Positions 9,116 to 17,575 of a stretch of DNA of 34,483 nucleotides are shown piece by piece. Position 1 is the first letter of the stretch. Each line of letters opens with the position of its first letter. Made by a program: the position numbers and the translations under genes. This stretch comes from Bifidobacterium breve. Its GTDB lineage: Bacteria; Actinomycetota; Actinomycetes; S36-B12; UBA5976. The notes under the pieces were generated by a model. It had not been told where the DNA came from, did no database searches, and was given only the letters and a program-made list of their open reading frames with translations. Where the stretch lies: contig CAMATO010000001.1 in NCBI GenBank assembly GCA_945861165.1, positions 1-34,483 of the forward strand. Reading direction: 5' to 3'.

Positions 9116-10410
9116 TATCTAGCTCCGAAAAATTTGAAAACTTCATTAATTCCATCCAAAAGTGCTTCTATATCTGAATCATCATTATAAATATAAGTGC
9201 TTGCTCTGGTGGTTGATTGCACTTTCAATTTATCCATTATTGGTCGGGCACAGTGATTTCCCACTCGAACTGCAATACCCATGTCATCAAGAACTTGTCC
9301 TACATCATGAGGATGTAATCCGTTCAGTGCAAATGAAACTGTGCTGCCACGCTCTCTATCATCTGTGGGACCATAAATTGTTACGCCCTCAATATTTTTA
9401 AGTCCATCCACCATAAGTTTTGTCAGGTGTCGTTCATGATCGTGAACATTTTGCATACCTATCTTTTGCAAATATTCCACAGCTGCTCCTAGACCCACTG
9501 CCTCAGCAGCTGGTGGTGTGCCGGCTTCAAATTTTTTGGGAGCTTTAGCAAAAGTTGATTTTTGCATCGAAACAGTTTCAATCATTGAGCCACCTGTAAT
9601 AAACGGAGGCATAATATCTAAGAGTTCTGTTGTGGCTGCTAACAACCCAATACCTAAGGGACCAAGCATTTTGTGTCCCGACCAAACAATGGCATCGGCG
9701 CCTAATTTTGTGAAATCAACTGGCATGTGTGGAACAGATTGACATGCATCAATAAAGAAAAAGGCGTTAACTGATTTTGCAGCTTTTCGGATTAATTCAA
9801 TATCGGTGATGGAACCCAACACATTGCTCATATGAGAAATTGAAACAATTTTTGTTTTTACACCTATTAATTCATCAACTTTTGAATAATCCAACAATCC
9901 TTGATCAGTGATCGGAATCCATTTGAGCACAGCGCCAGTTTTCAAGCACAGTTCCTGCCAAGGCACAAGATTTGCATGATGCTCTAGTTCAGAAACCAAA
10001 ATTTCATCCCCCGCATTTAAAACTAATCTTTTATCGACAGCTGCATCTGTTTTTGATTTCAAAGTGGCGTTTAAAAAAGCATAGGATAATAGATTTATAG
10101 ATTCAGTAGCATTTTTGGTGAATATTAGTTGATCTGGTTTTATATTTATAAATCCTGAAATAATTTCTCGAGCATGCTCATGAGCATCAGTTGCTAATTC
10201 AGCCAAATAATAAGCCCCACGATGAACACCAGAATTTATTGTTTCATAAAACCTATTTTGGGCATCGATCACGACTTGTGGTTTTTGGGATGTGGCTGCA
10301 CTGTCTAAATAGATTAATTTGCGGTTGTTTCTTACTTCTCGTGCCAGGATTGGAAAATCAAGTTGGATTTTTTTTATATCCAACTTGATTTTTGAATCCG
10401 AAATTGTCAT
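9115..10410 (-). CDS. sufS: cysteine desulfurase SufS (class II)
   Basis: 431 aa with the PLP lysine in SGHKMLGP and the catalytic Cys in GNHCARP. A 4-nt overlap joins it to sufC. Confidence 0.9.
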   Translation of the reverse strand: MTISDSKIKLDIKKIQLDFPILAREVRNNRKLIYLDSAATSQKPQVVIDAQNRFYETINSGVHRGAYYLAELATDAHEHAREIISGFINIKPDQLIFTKNATESINLLSYAFLNATLKSKTDAAVDKRLVLNAGDEILVSELEHHANLVPWQELCLKTGAVLKWIPITDQGLLDYSKVDELIGVKTKIVSISHMSNVLGSITDIELIRKAAKSVNAFFFIDACQSVPHMPVDFTKLGADAIVWSGHKMLGPLGIGLLAATTELLDIMPPFITGGSMIETVSMQKSTFAKAPKKFEAGTPPAAEAVGLGAAVEYLQKIGMQNVHDHERHLTKLMVDGLKNIEGVTIYGPTDDRERGSTVSFALNGLHPHDVGQVLDDMGIAVRVGNHCARPIMDKLKVQSTTRASTYIYNDDSDIEALLDGINEVFKFFGAR

Positions 10411-11171
10411 GCCCCAGCTGTCGCTTTAGAGAATTTTACGTAACCGTTAGCTTCCAGTTCTTCAGCTAATTCTTGTCCACCGGTGGCAACTACGCGACCG
10501 TCAACAAAAACGCTTACTTTGTCAGGCTTTACATAACGCAAAATTCGTGTGTAATGCGTGATAAGTAGCACGCCAGTATTGTTTTTTGTTACAGTGCGGT
10601 TGATTCCTTCTGACACAATTCTTAATGCGTCAACATCTAGACCAGAATCTGTTTCATCTAAGATTGCTATTTTTGGTTTCATTAACTCTAATTGCAAAAT
10701 CTCGTGACGTTTCTTTTCTCCGCCTGAAAATCCTTCGTTAACATTTCGTTCGGAAAATGCTTGATCCATTCCAATTTCTTTCATGGCGCCATTCATTTCC
10801 TTGATCCATTCACGAAGTTTTGGTGCCTCTCCTCGTAAAGCTGTTAATGATGAGCGCAAGAAATTACTTACCGACACTCCTGGGATTTCAACTGGATATT
10901 GCATGGCCAGAAACAAGCCAGCTTTTGCTCTTTCATCGACTTTCATGTCTAACACGTCTGCACCATCAAGTGTTACTGAACCAGAAGCAATTGTGTATTT
11001 AGGATGTCCAGCAACTGCATAAGCAAGTGTTGATTTTCCAGAACCGTTTGGTCCCATGATGGCATGTGTTTGACCTGAAGTGATGGTTAAATCCACTCCG
11101 CGCAAAATTTCTTTTATACCGTCATCAGTCTCAACTGTGACATGTAAATCTTTGATAATTAACTCAGACAT
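10407..11171 (-). CDS. sufC: Fe-S cluster assembly ATPase SufC
   Basis: 254 aa with GPNGSGKST, FSGGEKKR and AILDETDSGLD. Confidence 0.95.
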   Translation of the reverse strand: MSELIIKDLHVTVETDDGIKEILRGVDLTITSGQTHAIMGPNGSGKSTLAYAVAGHPKYTIASGSVTLDGADVLDMKVDERAKAGLFLAMQYPVEIPGVSVSNFLRSSLTALRGEAPKLREWIKEMNGAMKEIGMDQAFSERNVNEGFSGGEKKRHEILQLELMKPKIAILDETDSGLDVDALRIVSEGINRTVTKNNTGVLLITHYTRILRYVKPDKVSVFVDGRVVATGGQELAEELEANGYVKFSKATAGA

Positions 11172-11183
11172 ATTTTCCTCTTC

Positions 11184-11504
11184 TTATATTCCAACAGAAA
11201 CAACAGCATTGTCGCCGTCGCCTTCGACTTGCACTTTAAAAACCTCTATTGCAGTTGTAGCTGGAGGAGTTTTAGGCTCCCCTGTTTCTAAATTAAATTC
11301 GGAACCGTGCAAGAAACATTCAATGCCTTCATCTGTGACAGTTCCTTCGCTTAGCGAAACAGCACCGTGGGTACAGGCATCAGCTACTGCATGAAAACCA
11401 TTGCTATTTCTGATCAAGCACACTGCTTCGCCTTCTAACTCAAAAGCTTTTGCAGTTCCTATCGCAAAATCATTAACTTTGCCTACCGGTGTCCAAGTTG
11501 TCAT
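11184..11504 (-). CDS. Rieske [2Fe-2S] ferredoxin-like protein embedded in the suf operon
   Basis: 106 aa with CxH (ACTHG) and CxxH (ECFLHG) Rieske ligand boxes. An ATGA overlap joins it to sufD. Confidence 0.85.
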   Translation of the reverse strand: MTTWTPVGKVNDFAIGTAKAFELEGEAVCLIRNSNGFHAVADACTHGAVSLSEGTVTDEGIECFLHGSEFNLETGEPKTPPATTAIEVFKVQVEGDGDNAVVSVGI

Positions 11505-12643
11505 TGATGTGCTCTTTCAATGGCAGCATTTAATCTGGCACTCAATTTTTCTTTCAATTCAGGATGAGTAAATTCACCAAAGATGCCAGCGAAAAATCCT
11601 TCGATGACTAGTTGTCGAGCGGTTGGTTCATCTATGCCTCTAGACATTAGATAAAACAGTTGATCATCATCTAAACGTCCGGTAACACTGGCGTGACCTG
11701 CTTTTTCAACTTCCCCAGTTTCAATTTCCAAATTAGGAACAGAATCAGCTCTGGCGCCATCATCTAACAAAAGATTACGATTCATTTCATAAGTGTTGGT
11801 ACCGGTAGCATTTTTTCTGATCAGTACATCACCCACCCAGACAGTGTGACTGCCCTTTCCTTGAGCGCCACCTCTATATAAGACGTTACTTTTACAATCT
11901 TTCATATTGTGATCAACAAAAACTCTGTTTTCAAAAAATTGGCCTTGAGTAGCTAAAAAAACTCCCAATAATTCAACGGAACCATGATTACCTGAAAATT
12001 TTGCTCTGGGGATATATCTAAGAACATCTCCCCCAAGTTGTACTACTAGAGAGCGAATATGAGCATCCTTATCAATTACAAAATGATGTTCGCTAACTAG
12101 CACTGCTTTTCTTTCCAAGTCATAAACTGTGATGAAATCAATATTGGAATGTGGATGAGCAACAACTTCGCAATTAACTCCGGCAATGCCATCGCCAACA
12201 TGTTCCAAAATAATTGTGGCACTACTTTGTGCTTGAGCATTTACAATAATGTGACCGTATTGGACTCCACTGTTTAAAGAAATTTTGATCCAGGTGAGAT
12301 CTTTTGAGGAAAAATCTTGTGGAATATCTATAACTAATGCTTTGTTCCATAAAGATTCAGTTCGGGCCCCAATGCGATCTGTGGCAAGAAATTTTGTGGC
12401 AACTTCACTCTTGGTCAATATTGAGTACTTGACACCTGTTGCGGCATTTACCTCGTAATTGATTTCCTGATCAGATTTGGCATCATCATGAAGCTTGCCC
12501 ACTCTTTTTAAAGGGGTATAGCGCCATTGTTCTTCTCTTCCGTTTGGTACCAAAAAATCATCAGGATTACTAGAAGCGATGAAATCTGGTCTGGCGTCAA
12601 TACTTTTAAAAAGTATTTCTTTTTCCTGTATGGCAGAACTCAT
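11501..12643 (-). CDS. sufD: Fe-S cluster assembly protein SufD
   Basis: 380 aa with the SufBD beta-helix C-terminal region ([23 protein letters not shown]). An ATGA overlap joins it to sufB. Confidence 0.9.
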   Translation of the reverse strand: MSSAIQEKEILFKSIDARPDFIASSNPDDFLVPNGREEQWRYTPLKRVGKLHDDAKSDQEINYEVNAATGVKYSILTKSEVATKFLATDRIGARTESLWNKALVIDIPQDFSSKDLTWIKISLNSGVQYGHIIVNAQAQSSATIILEHVGDGIAGVNCEVVAHPHSNIDFITVYDLERKAVLVSEHHFVIDKDAHIRSLVVQLGGDVLRYIPRAKFSGNHGSVELLGVFLATQGQFFENRVFVDHNMKDCKSNVLYRGGAQGKGSHTVWVGDVLIRKNATGTNTYEMNRNLLLDDGARADSVPNLEIETGEVEKAGHASVTGRLDDDQLFYLMSRGIDEPTARQLVIEGFFAGIFGEFTHPELKEKLSARLNAAIERAHQ

Positions 12644-14049
12644 CCAACAGCGCCTTCCATTTGCATCTCAATCAGACGATTTAATTCAATGGCGTATTCC
12701 ATCGGTAATTCTCTAGCAATTGGTTCAACGAATCCGCGCACGATCATAGCTGCTGCTTCATCTTCATTTAATCCACGTTGCATCAAATAAAACAATTGAT
12801 CTTCACTGATTCGAGAAACTGTTGCCTCATGAGCCATTGATACATCGTCTTCACGACAATCAATGTAAGGATATGTGTCTGATCTTGATATGTCATCAAT
12901 TAAGAGTGCATCACATTTAACAGTTGTTTTTGCATTGTAAGAACCTTCATTAACTTGAATTAAACCTCGATAAGAAGTTCTACCGCCACCTCTGGCTACA
13001 GATTTAGAAATAATTGTGGATGAGGTGTTGGGAGCAGCATGAACCATTTTTGCACCCGCGTCTTGATGTTGACCTTCGCCAGCAAATGCAACTGACATAG
13101 TTTCACCCTTAGCGTGTTCACCAACAAGCCAAACAGATGGATACTTCATGGTCACTTTCGAACCAATGTTGCCGTCAATCCATTCCATGGTTGCACCTTC
13201 TTGAGCAACTGCACGTTTGGTGACTAAGTTGTAAACGTTGTTGGACCAGTTTTGAATTGTGGTGTATCGACAACGAGCATTCTTTTTCACAACGATTTCC
13301 ACTACTGCACTATGAAGTGAGTCTGAGGAATAAATCGGTGCGGTACAACCTTCTACGTAATGAACGTATGCGCCTTCATCAACAATGATCAATGTTCTTT
13401 CGAATTGACCCATATTTTCAGTGTTGATGCGGAAATAAGCTTGTAACGGAATATCAATCTTTACATTCTTGGGTACATAAATAAATGATCCCCCAGACCA
13501 AACAGCAGTGTTAAGGGCAGAAAATTTATTGTCACCAGCAGGAATAATTGAACCAAAATATTCACGGAAAATATCTTCGTGTGTTTTTAAAGCAGTATCG
13601 GTGTCGAGAAAAAGCACACCTTCTTTTTCTAAATCCTCACGAATTTGGTGATAAACAACTTCACTTTCGTATTGGGCAGCAACTCCGCCGATTAATCTTT
13701 TCTTTTCAGCTTCTGGAATTCCCAAACGATCATAAGTGTTTTTGATGTCATCAGGTAATTCTTCCCAAGATGTTGCTTGTTTCTCGGTTGATCTAACAAA
13801 ATATTTAATGTTATCAAAATCAATGCCACCTAAATAGGCGCCCCAATTTGGTAAAGGTTTCTTTTCAAATAAAGCTAAAGCTTTAAGTCTGGTTTCTAAC
13901 ATCCAGGCAGGTTCATTTTTCTTAGAACTAATGTCTCTTACTACATCTTCTGTTAAACCACGCTTGGCATTGGCGCCTGCGTCATTTTTATCGTGCCATC
14001 CGAATTCGTATGTTCCGATACCGTCTAGTTCTGGGCGAGCTATTGTCAT
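12640..14049 (-). CDS. sufB: Fe-S cluster assembly protein SufB
   Basis: Strongly conserved SufB sequence (YEFGWHD..., [21 protein letters not shown]). I prefer the ATG at 14049 ([10 protein letters not shown]) because it forms an ATGA overlap with the sufR stop and has a GGAG-containing stretch upstream. The track start at 14118 would run 70 nt into sufR. Confidence 0.9.
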   Translation of the reverse strand: MTIARPELDGIGTYEFGWHDKNDAGANAKRGLTEDVVRDISSKKNEPAWMLETRLKALALFEKKPLPNWGAYLGGIDFDNIKYFVRSTEKQATSWEELPDDIKNTYDRLGIPEAEKKRLIGGVAAQYESEVVYHQIREDLEKEGVLFLDTDTALKTHEDIFREYFGSIIPAGDNKFSALNTAVWSGGSFIYVPKNVKIDIPLQAYFRINTENMGQFERTLIIVDEGAYVHYVEGCTAPIYSSDSLHSAVVEIVVKKNARCRYTTIQNWSNNVYNLVTKRAVAQEGATMEWIDGNIGSKVTMKYPSVWLVGEHAKGETMSVAFAGEGQHQDAGAKMVHAAPNTSSTIISKSVARGGGRTSYRGLIQVNEGSYNAKTTVKCDALLIDDISRSDTYPYIDCREDDVSMAHEATVSRISEDQLFYLMQRGLNEDEAAAMIVRGFVEPIARELPMEYAIELNRLIEMQMEGAVG

Positions 14050-14744
14050 TTTTTCTCCTTGTGTAACTGGGCGGATGATACTGCGCTTTTTGGTGAAGTA
14101 CTTACTAGTGATGTGCAAATGTTTCCACCATTTGCAATTGTGGAAAGTCTGGTTACGTTAACTCCTAGTAGTTGACTGAATGCATCAAGTTCAGCATCAC
14201 AGAATTCTGGGTGTTGTTCAGCAACATGAGCTATTGGACAATTGTGTTGACAAAGCTGAATTGTGTGAGTTGGCCCTGATCCTTTGTCAGTTGTGGCAGC
14301 AAAGCCATCAATTGATAGTGCTGAGGAAAGAATTTCAACTTTCTCTGTTACATCTTTAGCTTTATTGAGAATTAATGAATATTTCTTTAACATTTCGTTG
14401 GCTCTACTTAAAGCAAAATCTTTAACCGCTTTATCACCAAAAGTTGTTGCTAAATAAGTTACAGCTTCTTGAGCAAGTGATTGGTATTGATTTTCAAAGA
14501 AATCTCTACCCTCAGAAGTTAAGGAATAAACTCTTGCTGGTCTACCTCTACCTTTGGGCTTGGCTGGACCAAAAGGTGCAATTTCGTGAGATTTCACTAA
14601 AGACTTTTCACTCATGTCATCAAGATGTTTTCTAACAGCCACAGCGCTGATTCCTAAAGAATCGGCTAAGTCACTGGCGGTTATGGGACCTAATTTGAGC
14701 AATTCTCGAGCGAGGCGATCTCTACCCAAAGTTTTGAATTCCAT
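14046..14744 (-). CDS. sufR: SufR-like winged-helix transcriptional regulator of the suf operon
   Basis: 232 aa. N-terminal wHTH ([24 protein letters not shown]) and a C-terminal Cys cluster ([18 protein letters not shown]). It is the first gene of the operon, as Rv1460 is. Confidence 0.75.
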   Translation of the reverse strand: MEFKTLGRDRLARELLKLGPITASDLADSLGISAVAVRKHLDDMSEKSLVKSHEIAPFGPAKPKGRGRPARVYSLTSEGRDFFENQYQSLAQEAVTYLATTFGDKAVKDFALSRANEMLKKYSLILNKAKDVTEKVEILSSALSIDGFAATTDKGSGPTHTIQLCQHNCPIAHVAEQHPEFCDAELDAFSQLLGVNVTRLSTIANGGNICTSLVSTSPKSAVSSAQLHKEKK

Positions 14745-14770
14745 AACCCTAGTGTTGCTTATTTCCTGGC

Positions 14771-14810
14771 AGGACGCAACTCTAGGACGCCTCTAGACTC
14801 GAATATATTC
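14771..14810. promoter_or_regulatory. sufR/ctaA divergent control region: tandem AGGACGC(AA)CTCT / AGGACGCCTCT repeat plus 10-bp palindrome GAATATATTC
   Basis: Read directly: repeat units at 14771-14783 and 14784-14794, TCTAG-N7-CTAGA at 14781-14797, and GAATATATTC at 14801-14810 abutting the ctaA ATG. GTTGC (14755-14759) pairs with GCAAC (14776-14780). Assigning these as the SufR operator is inference. Confidence 0.25.
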
Positions 14811-15698
14811 ATGAAAACTAAAACTTCCACCAATTTTGCCCGCCGGATCAGTCTGGCAAACCTCATCGCCCAATCTCTGATCATTTTGACGGGGGCCATT
14901 GTTCGACTAACCGGTTCTGGACTGGGTTGTCCTACTTGGCCAAATTGTGCCCCCGGATCACTAATTCCCGTAGCTGAACAAGTTGAAGGTTTTCATAAAT
15001 ATATTGAGTTTGGGAATCGATTACTCACCTTTGCTGTGTTAGCAATTTCAATTGCACTTTTTGTCGTTGCATTAATGCGTAAAAAACGACAAATAATTTT
15101 ATGGGCAAGTTTGCCACTCATTGGCACCTTGTTACAGGCTGTATTAGGTGGCATTACTGTTTTGACTGGCTTAAACCCATTCACAGTGATGGCACATTTT
15201 CTCTTGTCGATTATTTTGGTAGCCATTTCAGTAAAAATATTTGCATACTTTAGTGAAAAAACCTATCAGTATAAATTGCCTAAGATTGTTGATTTTTATT
15301 TGCAAATTTTAACTTTAATTGGGTTTATCGTTATTGTGCTGGGCACAATAACTACAGGTTCAGGTCCTCACTCAGGAGATGAAATAGCGGCTAGATTTAA
15401 TCTGGATATGCGAGAAGTTGCTTGGTTGCACGCGGACTCAGTGCTCTTATTTATAGGGTTGGTAATTGGGTTACAAGTTATTACCCGATTAGATAAAGAT
15501 CTTTTCTATCTGCAAACAAATGCAAAAATTTTGCTCGCAATTTGTGTGATACAGGGTTTCTTAGGTTATGTGCAATGGTTTAGTTCCGTGCCTTGGATAT
15601 TAGTGTCAGTACATGTTGCCGGGGCAGTTATAACCTGGATTACCCTGGTTAATTTATCCCTGCACTCCAATAATTCTTTCTTGCACGGCCTTAAATAA
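14811..15698 (+). CDS. ctaA: haem A synthase (COX15/CtaA)
   Basis: 295 aa and multi-TM. Contains the conserved GSGLGCPTWPNC Cys pair and His residues in TM helices (FHKYIEFGNR, MAHF, GPHSGD, WLHA, SVHV). Confidence 0.85.
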   Translation: MKTKTSTNFARRISLANLIAQSLIILTGAIVRLTGSGLGCPTWPNCAPGSLIPVAEQVEGFHKYIEFGNRLLTFAVLAISIALFVVALMRKKRQIILWASLPLIGTLLQAVLGGITVLTGLNPFTVMAHFLLSIILVAISVKIFAYFSEKTYQYKLPKIVDFYLQILTLIGFIVIVLGTITTGSGPHSGDEIAARFNLDMREVAWLHADSVLLFIGLVIGLQVITRLDKDLFYLQTNAKILLAICVIQGFLGYVQWFSSVPWILVSVHVAGAVITWITLVNLSLHSNNSFLHGLK

Positions 15699-16523
15699 TT
15701 CCAATCCAGCTGCTGGTCTAAATTCCATAAATAACCACGGTTCGGTTAATTCCAGTTCCATTAGAACAAGTTTTCCATCAAGTCTGACCACATCTACGCG
15801 GGCGAAAAGCAATTCCTCCCACTCAGTAACAGCCTTTGAAACTTTATTTACAATTTCAATAATTTCTGCATCTATTTCTGAACTACCCGCAGCATCACCA
15901 TGACCACCTTTTGTTAGAGCAGGCACCTTTTTGGCGACGTGGCTTATTTTGCCATTGATTACCACAATGGCTTTTTCCCCTTCTTCATCAACACTTTTTA
16001 CATATGGTTGAACAATTGCAATTTGGTTGTCTAGAAATATTCTCTCTAAATATTTGATCGCTTGATCAATACTTTCAGCCTTACCGGCCAGCCTTGCTCC
16101 TGATCCGATTGCAGGTTTTATGGCAATAGATTGCGCTTGAGAAAAAGCCCACTGCATGGCATCTTGAGCCTCTTTTAAATCATTTACAAATCGGGTGGGA
16201 ATTATTGGCACACCATGTTTTTCTAATATTTTCAAATATGCTTTGTCTGTGTTCCACTTCATAACTTCATAAGAATTAAATAATTTTATTTCTGATTCCA
16301 CTTTTTTAGTGAAATCTAAAAACTTGTCTCTTACTCCTACATAATCCCAAGTTGATCTTATTATTGCCGCATCAAATCCTGCCCAATTGATTGACTGATC
16401 ATTCCAATTGGCAAATACTAGCTCAATTCCTAATTCTTGTGCTGCTACTTTTGCAAATGGAATATCTAAATCCGGATCTGGATCATTAACATTTTCGTTT
16501 CCAACTACGTAAGCTATTTTCAT
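15654..16523 (-). CDS. ATP-grasp family ligase (RimK/glutathione-synthetase-like), substrate unknown
   Basis: 289 aa. An ATP-grasp-like Lys/Gly loop (IAIKPAIGSGARLAG) and a C-terminal acidic Mg-binding-like segment (LMELELTEP). The start lies 3 nt after the ctaB stop. The 3' end overlaps the ctaA 3' end by 45 nt. Confidence 0.7.
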   Translation of the reverse strand: MKIAYVVGNENVNDPDPDLDIPFAKVAAQELGIELVFANWNDQSINWAGFDAAIIRSTWDYVGVRDKFLDFTKKVESEIKLFNSYEVMKWNTDKAYLKILEKHGVPIIPTRFVNDLKEAQDAMQWAFSQAQSIAIKPAIGSGARLAGKAESIDQAIKYLERIFLDNQIAIVQPYVKSVDEEGEKAIVVINGKISHVAKKVPALTKGGHGDAAGSSEIDAEIIEIVNKVSKAVTEWEELLFARVDVVRLDGKLVLMELELTEPWLFMEFRPAAGLELFKAVQERIIGVQG

Positions 16524-16526
16524 CTT

Positions 16527-17462
16527 TTACAAGCTCAGCAGCGGATCAAGGCCAATAATTAGGAATAAAAGTGCCAAGTATGTGATTGACCCGTGAAATA
16601 ATTTCATGGGTTTAATATCAAAAGCATCACTCGAAGCACGTTTTTTTAGGGCGTAGACCTCTGCTAAAAATAAATATCCCAAGATAACTGCACTAATGAC
16701 ATAAAGTATTGATAATTCGCTAAAAAATGGCAAGACCAACGTGGTTATCACCATTAACCACGAATATAAAACTATTTGTTTGGTAACAACTTTTCTATCT
16801 GCAACTACCGGCAACATGGGAACACCAGCTTTGGCGTAATCATCCTTGTATTGCATAGACAGGGGCCAATAGTGAGGTGGTGTCCACCAAAAAACTATTA
16901 AGAAGAGAATTAGTGGTGCGATGCTAATTGAGTTAGTTACCGCAACCCAACCTATTAATACTGGAAAACAACCAGCTGCACCTCCCCAAACAATGTTTGA
17001 AGTTGTTCTTCGCTTCAGCAGTAATGTGTAAACGCAAACATAAAAAACAATCGCACTAGCTGCAAAGAATGCTGACAAAGTATTTACTTGACTAACCAAC
17101 CACATCACTGAAAGCAGTGAAAGAGTTAAACCTAGAGCAACTGCGCCTCTGACAGATATTTTTCCTGTGACAAGTCCACGATGTGCTGTGCGATCCATCA
17201 AGGCGTCAATATCTCTATCCACCACATTGTTTAATGCATTAGCACCACCTGCAGCCAACGATCCACCAATGAGAGTTGCTAAAACTAAATACCAATCTGG
17301 CCAACCATTCGATGCTAAAAACATTGTTGGCACAGTGGTAACAAGTAATAGTTCGATAATTCTTGGTTTGGTTAGAGCAACATAACTCTTAAACACCGTA
17401 TAAAAAGAATTGGAAAATGTTTCGAGCTCTACCGAAGTATTGGGGAAGGTGTTTTTTCTCAT
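16527..17462 (-). CDS. ctaB: protohaem IX farnesyltransferase (haem O synthase)
   Basis: 311 aa UbiA-family membrane protein with NNVVDRDIDALMDRT (NxxxDxxxD) and the second Asp-rich region. Confidence 0.9.
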   Translation of the reverse strand: MRKNTFPNTSVELETFSNSFYTVFKSYVALTKPRIIELLLVTTVPTMFLASNGWPDWYLVLATLIGGSLAAGGANALNNVVDRDIDALMDRTAHRGLVTGKISVRGAVALGLTLSLLSVMWLVSQVNTLSAFFAASAIVFYVCVYTLLLKRRTTSNIVWGGAAGCFPVLIGWVAVTNSISIAPLILFLIVFWWTPPHYWPLSMQYKDDYAKAGVPMLPVVADRKVVTKQIVLYSWLMVITTLVLPFFSELSILYVISAVILGYLFLAEVYALKKRASSDAFDIKPMKLFHGSITYLALLFLIIGLDPLLSL

Positions 17463-17575
17463 CTCGCTCCAACGCTACCTGAATGTGTAATAGGGCGCGT
17501 TCCGTGGTTTGTGTGACCGGCAACTCATTAGGCTAGGAGCAGGCAAATACTCGAGAATTGGAATTTCTTAACTAG

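Noticed and set aside
12640-14049. Possible intein in SufB, as in M. tuberculosis Rv1461
   Set aside because: A length of about 469 aa and contiguous conserved SufB blocks leave no room for an intein.
14050-14118. Upstream start for sufB (track ORF begins at 14118)
   Set aside because: It would overlap sufR by 70 nt. The ATG at 14049 forms the typical ATGA stop/start overlap and yields the conserved SufB N-terminus. For the same reason I trimmed pgk (22335 to 22308) and secG (20245 to 20221).
17463-17575. Relatively G+C-rich 113-nt ctaB/tkt divergent spacer, examined for a riboswitch or sRNA
   Set aside because: I could find no convincing stem-loops and no known riboswitch core (TPP, SAM, cobalamin etc.). 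It is most simply two divergent promoters.
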